A stretch of DNA of 61,227 nucleotides, counting the filler. It is 7 parts of 7 records of this genome, joined end to end, with 100 filler letters (N's around TTAATTAATTAA, not from the genome) between each part and the next. Parts side by side here need not be neighbours in the genome. Positions count along the whole stretch, not along the records: positions 53,629 to 61,227 come from SRR31147125_48004; 6 more parts are not named here. One strand, 5' to 3'. Below are positions 53,806 to 61,227 of this stretch, piece by piece (position 1 is the stretch's first letter; each line of letters begins with the position of its first letter). The notes under the pieces are model-generated. The model searched no databases. It was not told the DNA's origin and was given only the letters and a program-made list of their open reading frames with translations. Both the position numbers and the translations under genes were made by a program.

Positions 53806-55246
53806 TTAACCGATCATTTTGTTCGGCAACCACAATGCCAATTCCGACCAGATACATAGCAGTACAATTACCAGCAGGTCAATCATCACAAAGGGGACCA
53901 CACCCAGCAGAACCTGAGACATGGGTACGTCCGGGGCGATGTTTTTTACGACATAGAGGTTCAATCCAACCGGGGGTAACCAGGCCAATTTCGAGGTTGA
54001 CGGTCATGATGACGGCAAACCAGACAGAATCGAATCCCAGTCCCTGGATAATCGGAAGCAATAGCGGGGCGACCATAAGAATGACCGCTGCGGGTGGAAT
54101 GAAACAACCCAGGATGAGCAACAGAATATTAATGACAACGATGATGCCCCACTTTCCCAAGGGCAGTTGCAATATCAATTCCCCTAATGCCTGGGTGGCG
54201 TAGAGGTCCGATGAAACCCAGGCAAACACCAGTGCAGCGGCCATGATCATCAGGATCATACTGCTTTCGTTCAGCGCTTTGATAAATATCGGCCATAGCT
54301 GACGCGGACGGAAGATTTTGTAAATGGTCATCACGAAAAGCAGCGACAGCACTGCGCCCAGTCCGCCGGCCTCAAGCAGGCGTGGCCCAACCGCCATACA
54401 GCGACCCCATGATACCAATGATGATCAGCACAAATGGCAAGACTTTAAAGAGCGACATGAATCGATCCGTTCATGCGAATATCTCATGAACATCTTCGGC
54501 CTCCAAAAAAAGTAAGTCGATCCTCGTCGCGCAGGAACGAACTTTCGGTAGAAGAACACGATACCCAGCCAGACGCAACTGAGCACCACCAAAAGGATGC
54601 CCGGTACCACTCCGGCGATAAAGCATTTGCCGATGGATGTTTCTGTGGCAACGCCATACAGGATCATGGTCACGCTTGGCGGCATTAGAATGCCGAACGT
54701 GCCGGCATGGGCAATCAATCCGTTAGCCAGGGCCTGCGAATACCCGCGCCGGCGCATTTCCGGGATACCGATGCCGCCGATCGCCGCTGCCGTGGCAGGA
54801 CTCGACCCACACAGGGCTGCGAAGATACCGCATCCCACCATGTTCGCAATTCCAAGGCCTCCTGGAATTTTGTGGAGCCACTTATGAAGGGTTTCATAAA
54901 GGTCCTTGCTGGCGTGAGATGCTGCAATCGGAGCGCTCAACAGGATAAATAGAGGGATGGCCAGAAGTGCAAAGCTGTCCATGCTGCCATGGAGTACATA
55001 GGGTATGGTCGATAGCAGGTGGGGCTCGTTCCGTTGTACGAAAGGAGCGCCCGCAAATACTGTGAAAATCAGCAACAACACCGAGGCCTCGATTTGCCAA
55101 ATTGTCGAAATGCCCAAAAGCTTTCGGACAATTACCGCCTCTGTGACGATAAAAGCCGCTGCTACCAGGCACAAGGCGGTGATCCAACCCGTGATATAGG
55201 TCAAGCCGTCGGCCACGCGGACAAAAATGTCGTAGATTGTTTTCAT
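53806..55246 (-). pseudogene. dctM: Disrupted TRAP transporter membrane genes: 5' dctQ fused by deletion to dctM, with three further frameshifts
   Basis: DctQ-like first ~74 aa, then DctM motifs LLAIPLF, GSSPATAAAIG, GILMPPS, GWATP.EA, TPPVGLNL spread over four frame segments. Confidence 0.75.
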
Positions 55247-55430
55247 TGGTCCCATCCGAAGGTTGGCGCCTGCAACGGCAGACACCCTTGTCGTGCGAAT
55301 AAGCACCTGCTCGCTGCAAGCGGAATTGCCATACTGCTTAGCTGAGGGGAGGGGAGGCGGCCAAGACTGCTCGTTTCGTTGTAGAAGGTTATCGGCAATG
55401 ACAGCAGCGCAGCCTGGCAATCCCTGTCTT

Positions 55431-56381
55431 TTATTTCATTGCATCCAGCGCCAGGTCGAGATATTCCTGCCCGCCTTCAACTGTCTGCGCGTATTCCTTC
55501 CACGCCGTCTTTTGAGCAAAGTCCAGCCACTGGTCAAATTCAGACTTGGTCATATAATGAATTTTGACACCGGCTTTGTTGTACTCCTCGATCAGTTTGT
55601 TGACCAGGGATTTGAAATTGGGAACCACCCAATTGGCATTCATCCACTCGGCCGCTTCCGTGAAGACCTTTTGCTGCTCAGGCGTCAGGCGTTCCCAACT
55701 CTTTTTGGACATGATCAAATTCTCAGCCATGTACCAGATCGAAGAATCCCTCGGTGCGTTGATGTAACTGAGTACTTCGTAGAGTCGGTACGAGACAAAG
55801 GAGGCCGAAGAGGTGAGCATCGTATCCAGTACGCCCGTAGAGAGGGCATGGTAAGTCTCTGATGACGGCATGCTGGTAATCGAGGCGCCGGCCTCGCGAA
55901 GCATGAATTCAAATTTTTTCCCGGCTACCCTGAGCTTCGTGCCCTTGACGTCGACGGGCAGTTTGACCTGTCGTACTTCGCTGCCGATACCGCCATCAAA
56001 CCATGCCCAGACGAGGTTTTTTACGACATTTTCTTCCATCAGCGCATCGAATTTTTTCCCGATCGGCCTGTTACGCCAAGTCATTCCCTGGGCAACGCTG
56101 GTGACCGCGCAAGGCATCAGTGTGATGGATAGTTGAGGTACCTTCCCCGAGGCATAATCCAGTGGAAATACCGACATGTCCAGCGCGCCTTTGCGAAGGG
56201 CATCCCACTGCTCTTTGGGTTTATACAATGATTTGGCTGGATAGTAGCGAAACTTGATTTCACCATTGGTCATTTCGGTGACTTTGTCCCCGAACACCTT
56301 TGCCATCTTGTCGCCTTCCTTGAGCTTGCCGGTCATAATCAAAATAGTGCAAAACACAACAGCCCATGGATCCCGGATCAT
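55431..56381 (-). CDS. dctP: TRAP transporter substrate-binding protein DctP with damaged N-terminus (possible pseudogene)
   Basis: TNGEIKFRYYP, KGTKLR, MPSSETYHAL.TG.LD, WERLTPEQQ; signal peptide and first strand look truncated. Confidence 0.78.
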   Translation of the reverse strand: MIRDPWAVVFCTILIMTGKLKEGDKMAKVFGDKVTEMTNGEIKFRYYPAKSLYKPKEQWDALRKGALDMSVFPLDYASGKVPQLSITLMPCAVTSVAQGMTWRNRPIGKKFDALMEENVVKNLVWAWFDGGIGSEVRQVKLPVDVKGTKLRVAGKKFEFMLREAGASITSMPSSETYHALSTGVLDTMLTSSASFVSYRLYEVLSYINAPRDSSIWYMAENLIMSKKSWERLTPEQQKVFTEAAEWMNANWVVPNFKSLVNKLIEEYNKAGVKIHYMTKSEFDQWLDFAQKTAWKEYAQTVEGGQEYLDLALDAMK

Positions 56382-56393
56382 ATCCGGGATGAT
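56365..56393. repeat. Short palindromic element (REP/RPE-like half) at the dctP 5' end
   Basis: ATCCCGGAT-CAT-ATCCGGGAT; minus strand reads TCATCCCGGATATGATCCGGGATCCA. Confidence 0.5.
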
Positions 56394-56666
56394 AAAGGTT
56401 GATCTATGGAATTACCGGTTTAATAATGGGCGTGCTTATCCTTATTCAATGAATGCAACGATCCACATAGATTACACTTGCCGCTTTGACGTCGCCGGGG
56501 AACTGTTTTAACGTGAATCCAACAGCCGGACAAATTCTGGCAAAATGGGGTAAAGGGGCGGCACCTCTCATTGGTTCCTTTGCAGAGAAAGGATTAATCA
56601 TCCAACGCGAGCCTACGAAGGTTTATACTCAAACAATTTGAGGGTTTATCACAGGGAGGACGGCAC

Positions 56667-57299
56667 ATGGATTTAAATGATTTTTTAGATAAAATTGTGT
56701 GGCTGGGGCATGACGGATTTCGGATCGACGGCAGCAAAACCATCTATTTTGATCCGTTCAAAATTGCGTCAACCAAGGAAGCGGATATCATTCTGGTCAG
56801 TCACGAGCATTTTGATCATTGCTCACCGGATGATATCGCACGCATTCAAAAGGACAATACGATTGTCATCACGGAGAAGGATTCCGCGGGAAAACTTTCG
56901 GGCGATGTAAGGGTGGTTGCACCGGGTGAGGAGGTGACGATCGGGGAGGTGAAAGTGGCGACCGTTCCGGCTTATAACATCGGCAAACAGTTTCATCCCA
57001 AGGAGAAAGGATGGCTGGGTTTTATCGTCGAAATGGACGGGGTGCGTGTTTATCATGCGGGGGATACCGACTTCATACCCGAGATGAAGGATATTCAGGT
57101 TGACGTTGCACTGCTGCCGGTGTCCGGGACCTACGTCATGACAGCCGATGAGGCCGTTCAGGCGGCCCGTGCTATCAGGCCCCGCGCAGTCATTCCGATG
57201 CACTACGGAGAGATTGTGGGCGATGGAAAGGATGCCGAATCATTCAAACAAGCGCTTTCCGATGAAATGGAGGTTGTACTTTTGGAGCCACAGAAATGA
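56667..57299 (+). CDS. MBL-fold metallo-hydrolase
   Basis: WLGH, SHEHFDH, YHAGDTD, IPMHY; GGAGG SD. Confidence 0.9.
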   Translation: MDLNDFLDKIVWLGHDGFRIDGSKTIYFDPFKIASTKEADIILVSHEHFDHCSPDDIARIQKDNTIVITEKDSAGKLSGDVRVVAPGEEVTIGEVKVATVPAYNIGKQFHPKEKGWLGFIVEMDGVRVYHAGDTDFIPEMKDIQVDVALLPVSGTYVMTADEAVQAARAIRPRAVIPMHYGEIVGDGKDAESFKQALSDEMEVVLLEPQK

Positions 57300-57494
57300 C
57301 GGATTAATTTACCATCTGGAAACAACTCCCCTTCTTTAACAAAGGGGGCATTCCCGCTGAATCATCAACGCTGCGATGCGAGCCAACCCTACCTGCATTT
57401 TGGCTGCTTGATATTTCAGACGGCTTTATTCTACTAACCCACCAGCCAATGTTCACCAACTTTGAAAAAATGTTAGGTCGCAAGGAGGAATAGG

Positions 57495-59223
57495 ATGAAA
57501 AAGTACGTCACGCTTCACATGCTCGGCACGGTTATTTTCGTTTCGCTGTTATCCATTATGTGTATGCCGGGGCTTCTGTTGGCAACACAGGCGACGGATA
57601 AAGGCAGCGAGGTGGTTCAGGAGCTATCACCGGAAAAGGTGGGGGAGGATGCCAACCAGCTATTAGAGCGCATCAATTCCAGCACTCAGAAAGTCATGGC
57701 CTATAACAGCGCAATAGAAAGTGCCGGCGCTGAAGATCGTCAGGTGTTACAGATTCAGCTCACTCTGATTCAAGATCGTATCATGTCAGACGTCCATCAA
57801 TTAGCGGATACGCTATTGGCACTTGAAAAGGATGGAAAGCAATCCGAACTGAGAGAACAGGTGGAATCGGCTATATCAGGGGTGACGCCACGTTTTGAAG
57901 TATTGATCAACCAACTGCGTGGCAAAATCGATAAAGTGCGCGCGCGCCGGACAAAAGCACCTGCTGCAGAACGGCCTCTCATCGAAAGTGAAGTGTCTAA
58001 ACTATCCGCACGCCTGAATCAGCTATACAAGACCAACTACAGTCACATTGAGAAAATGGAGATGCTTGGTCTGGATATCCGGGAAGCTAAGACCGCTCTG
58101 GTTGATCATCTTTTCCAGCGAGGAGAAGCGCTTTCCGGACGTATTCTTCTTGCCACCCAACGGATAGACGATCTCAAGATGCGCATCAAGGAGACTCCGG
58201 ACGATGCCGATGCGGCTATCCTCATGATAGCGGCCCAAAAAAGCTTGAAAACAAACACCACCGGTATGGGCGTAATCCTTGACTTGGCGGATAAGCTGGA
58301 CATCGACACCAAAACCTACCGGGCCCAGTTGGTGGAAGTGACCCAGGATCTCAGCTCCGGTCTGACTGATACCGGTGTGGCCGTCAGTCTGGTCGGCAGC
58401 TACTATGAAAGGGGCGTCGAATGGCTGATCGAAAACGGACCAACTGTACTGCTTAAGCTGATGCTTTTCTGCGGCATTGTTCTGGTTTTCTATTTTGTTA
58501 AACGCGGTGTGCGCGCCGGTCTTGAAAAAGGCTCTCAGGAAATCCAATCTCAACCTCAGTGAATTGGCCCGGCGAATGATCGTTTCCACTGTTGCCAATC
58601 TCGTCTTCCTGTTTGGATTGCTCATTGCACTCTCCCAATTGGGCATCAGCCTGGGACCGCTCCTTGCCGGTCTTGGTGTCGCCGGTTTCATCGTCGGTTT
58701 TGCCCTTCAGGACTCACTGAGCAACTTTGCTTCGGGTGTTATGATTCTGATCTATCGGCCCTATGATGTGGGCGACCTCATCGATGTGAGCGGTGCCTAT
58801 GGCAAAGTGCACAAGATGAATCTGGTTTCCACTACCATCACGACATTGGACAACCAGAACATTGTCGTGCCCAACAACAAGATATGGGGGGACGTGATCA
58901 AAAACGTAACGGCTCAGGATATTCGTCGCGTGGATATGGTGTTCGGTATCAGCTACACGGACGACATTGATAAGTCCGAAAGCATTCTATATGACATTTT
59001 GAAATCTCACGACAAAGTACTCAGCGATCCTGAACCTGTTGTAAAGCTGCACACACTGGGCGAGTCTTCGGTGGATTTTGTCACCCGTCCCTGGACCAAG
59101 GTTGAGGATTACTGGGATGTTTATTGGGATATCACCAAGGCCGTTAAGCAACGATTTGATGCCGAAGGCATTTCCATCCCCTTTCCCCAGCGGGATGTTC
59201 ACATTTACAAGACAGATCAATAA
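57495..59223 (+). CDS. mscS: Small-conductance mechanosensitive channel with large N-terminal periplasmic helical domain (extra A in run 58526-58530)
   Basis: LAGLGVAGFIVGFALQDSLSNFASG, RPYDVGD, GISIPFPQRDVH; removing one A fuses ORF 57495-58562 (GLEKALRKSNL). Confidence 0.87.
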
Positions 59224-59256
59224 TTGGAAGATCAAAGCAATGAAAATGAGATAGCC

Positions 59257-59299
59257 GGAGGCATAAGGGGCCGGGGATGCCCTTGACCCCTTATGCTCC
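59257..59299. terminator. Hairpin between convergent mscS and radical SAM genes
   Basis: GCATAAGGGG (59261-59270)/CCCCTTATGC (59287-59296) stem with flanking GGAG/TCC pairing. Confidence 0.6.
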
Positions 59300-59333
59300 T
59301 ACGATTCAATGCCTGGCACTATGTATAGGCGTA

Positions 59334-60239
59334 CTACCGGTGCCAGGCCTCTAATTGTGATACCTCATCCTGCAACCTTGCCAGTGTTTCAGGTGAGTTG
59401 AAAAGTTTGCGGCACAGGTCGCATTTGCGGTAGGTGATAATCTCGCGCGCTTTCATACCGGAATATGATGCGATGTTGGTAATTCCCATTGTTCGGATGA
59501 GGTTGTATAGCCGGTCTGTTTCGCTTTTGGTGAAAAGCTGCTCGATCGTTTGGCCTTTAAGACTCCCGAGGTGAAAAAAGTTCGTTTCGGTAAAATGGCT
59601 GCCTGCATCGCAACAGGCGTACATGTCGAGATCGGGTGTGAGATAGGGGTTCATGTCACAGCAGTTTGCCTGATAATCGGTCCGGATGGGGTTGCATGCG
59701 AAGGTTTCAGCTCGACCTGAATAGATGACGGGTTCCGGGAAATAGGTGAGGCTGTTGTCACGCAAAAATTGCTCATAAGGATCATCGTCTTTGGAAAAAT
59801 CGGTAACGAATGAGATAAAATAGTCGATCCCGATTTTTTGGCAGCTGAGGGCCGCATTCAACACATTGCGCTTGTTTACATGCTCCTGATGCCACCGTGA
59901 GTAGCTTAATCTCAATTGGCAAAGCCCGTTTTCTTTCAGTTCCGCAACCAGACGGTCCGACACATCGGCGGTTTTGGCCCAATAACTGTTGGTTACCACT
60001 CTCGTGTAGATGCCGAGCTGACGGCACACCTTCACAAGCGCTGCAATTTCATCGAAATAGAGCAGCGGTTCTCCGGCGGAAAAACTGATGCCGCCAACGC
60101 CGGCCCGGGCCAGCCCTAAGATGATCTCTTCGGCCTGATTGAAATCCATCCGTCTTCGGTCGGGCATATCTTGCGTGGCCACACAGTGCGCGCAGCGAAT
60201 ATTGCACTGTGTCGAGTATCCAAAAGCTAACTTGCGCAT
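59334..60239 (-). CDS. Radical SAM protein with Twitch-type auxiliary cluster, EpeE/YydG-like
   Basis: C12xxxC16xxC19; ISFSAGEP; VTNSYWA; LSYSRWH; C193/C194, YAC209C210, C273xxC276..LFNS. Confidence 0.82.
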   Translation of the reverse strand: MRKLAFGYSTQCNIRCAHCVATQDMPDRRRMDFNQAEEIILGLARAGVGGISFSAGEPLLYFDEIAALVKVCRQLGIYTRVVTNSYWAKTADVSDRLVAELKENGLCQLRLSYSRWHQEHVNKRNVLNAALSCQKIGIDYFISFVTDFSKDDDPYEQFLRDNSLTYFPEPVIYSGRAETFACNPIRTDYQANCCDMNPYLTPDLDMYACCDAGSHFTETNFFHLGSLKGQTIEQLFTKSETDRLYNLIRTMGITNIASYSGMKAREIITYRKCDLCRKLFNSPETLARLQDEVSQLEAWHR

Positions 60240-60304
60240 CTTCAGGTCAAACCCCTCTCACTCCGATTCCAGGACGTGGCCACTCTTGTTGCCGGCGCGA
60301 ATCC

Positions 60305-60826
60305 CTATATATCCATATTGGCGGGCTCATAAAATTTCTGCGGATGCCCGCATGAAGGGCACTTTTGGGGCGGCTCCTTAGCTTCGACAATATACCCGCA
60401 TACACTGCACTTCCATTTGATCGGTTCATCGCGCTTGTAAACGGATCCGGCTTCAACCATGGCCAGCAGCTTCTTGTAGCGTTCGCGGTGGTGTGCTTCG
60501 ATTTTGGCGACCTGCTTGAAGGCGTTGGCCGCTTTCTTGTCGCCTTCCTCTTCGGCCTCTTTAACAAACTGCGGATACATGCTCTGGACCTCGTAGTCTT
60601 CACCACCCACAGCGGCCTTGAGGTTGGCAACCGTATCACCCAGTTCGCCCAACAGCAACAGATGGTCTTTGGCATGCTGGCGCTCATTTTCCGCGGTCTC
60701 TTCAAAGATTTTGGCAAGGTACAGGTAACCCTCCTTGCGGGCGACTTCGGCAAAAAAGGTGTACTTGTTGCGGGCTTGGGATTCTCCGGCAAATGCGGCT
60801 TTCAAGTTGTCGGTTGTCTTACTCAT
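60305..60826 (-). CDS. rbr: Rubrerythrin
   Basis: AAFAGESQARNKY, two ExxH diiron motifs, C-terminal CSVCG...CPSC rubredoxin-like site; AGGAGG SD before ATG 60826. Confidence 0.95.
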   Translation of the reverse strand: MSKTTDNLKAAFAGESQARNKYTFFAEVARKEGYLYLAKIFEETAENERQHAKDHLLLLGELGDTVANLKAAVGGEDYEVQSMYPQFVKEAEEEGDKKAANAFKQVAKIEAHHRERYKKLLAMVEAGSVYKRDEPIKWKCSVCGYIVEAKEPPQKCPSCGHPQKFYEPANMDI

Positions 60827-61227
60827 GCTTTCCTCCTGGGTTTGGGGGTTATTTCTTATCCCTATCCGATATTTGGACGAGATCGTCAAACCGGATGTGA
60901 TGATTTGGTTTCGCATTGCCCCAGGAAGGCCCGCCCGTCTGAAGGCTATTTTGCCGGATCCCGCTTGGCCCAATGCTCAAGTAACCTTTTTTATTGTTAT
61001 TTAAGCCTATCCCGAAAGCAAGGCGTTTCAATACTGTACCTGTTTTGAAAGTCACGCTTCTGGATCGTTTGGAATTGAAAAGATAATGAATAACGCGGCT
61101 GGATAAACAAAAAGCAGGTCGAACCAATTGCAAAACATGGCATGCCCCATCCCCACATTAAAAATGGGTCTCCTCAAATATCTTTCTCCTTCAATGAATT
61201 AGAATTATGAGGAAATCAATTGGTTTT

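Noticed and set aside
3212-59223. Programmed frameshifting, phase variation or genome decay explaining the split genes (rdgB, DHH, RTX, dppA, kinase, oppF, dapL, pyrF, pyrD, oppC, mscS)
   Set aside because: Nearly all are single-base changes in short homopolymers, occur on every contig and hit housekeeping genes with no other decay; sequencing error is the simpler explanation, though reads are needed to confirm
46547-60239. ScfB, M24 peptidases, ABC transporter and EpeE-like enzyme as one RiPP biosynthetic cluster
   Set aside because: Spans three different contigs, and the ABC genes are importer-type
1-61227. rRNA, tRNA, CRISPR arrays, transposases, integrases or phage genes
   Set aside because: None recognised by eye; a small structured RNA in the longer intergenic regions cannot be excluded without a covariance-model search

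Overview
The window is not one locus. It is seven unrelated contigs joined by identical artificial 100-bp spacers (44 N + TTAATTAATTAA + 44 N), with abrupt changes in base composition, so gene neighbourhoods are only meaningful within a contig. Many conserved genes carry single-base frameshifts in homopolymer runs, most likely pyrosequencing-type errors. Contig 1 (1-8513, deltaproteobacterial-like): Co/Ni ECF transporter, an L,D-transpeptidase convergent with an Lpp/OprI-like lipoprotein, rdgB, rph, amidase, DHH phosphoesterase, TIGR00725 protein and TPR protein. Contig 2 (8614-15846): internal fragment of one giant Ca-binding RTX-repeat protein. Contig 3 (15947-21695): dppABCD, a divergent XRE-type regulator and an M14-like peptidase fragment. 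Contig 4 (21796-36830, AT-rich): a sigma54-type promoter ahead of oppDFBCA, then a Ser/Thr kinase-degenerate NTPase-TPR gene and a GAF histidine kinase, plus dapF(Ser variant)-dapL-lysA. Contig 5 (36931-47553, clostridial-like): pyr operon ending in scfB with no adjacent scfA. Contig 6 (47654-53528): peptide ABC genes with three M24 Xaa-Pro peptidases. Contig 7 (53629-61227): decayed TRAP transporter, MBL hydrolase, long MscS, rubrerythrin and an EpeE/YydG-like radical SAM enzyme. The best candidates for new biology are the Opp-kinase/TPR-histidine kinase operon, the rubrerythrin-linked EpeE-like enzyme, the Ser-type DapF and the Ldt-Lpp pair. All family and taxonomic assignments come from motif recognition, not database searches.
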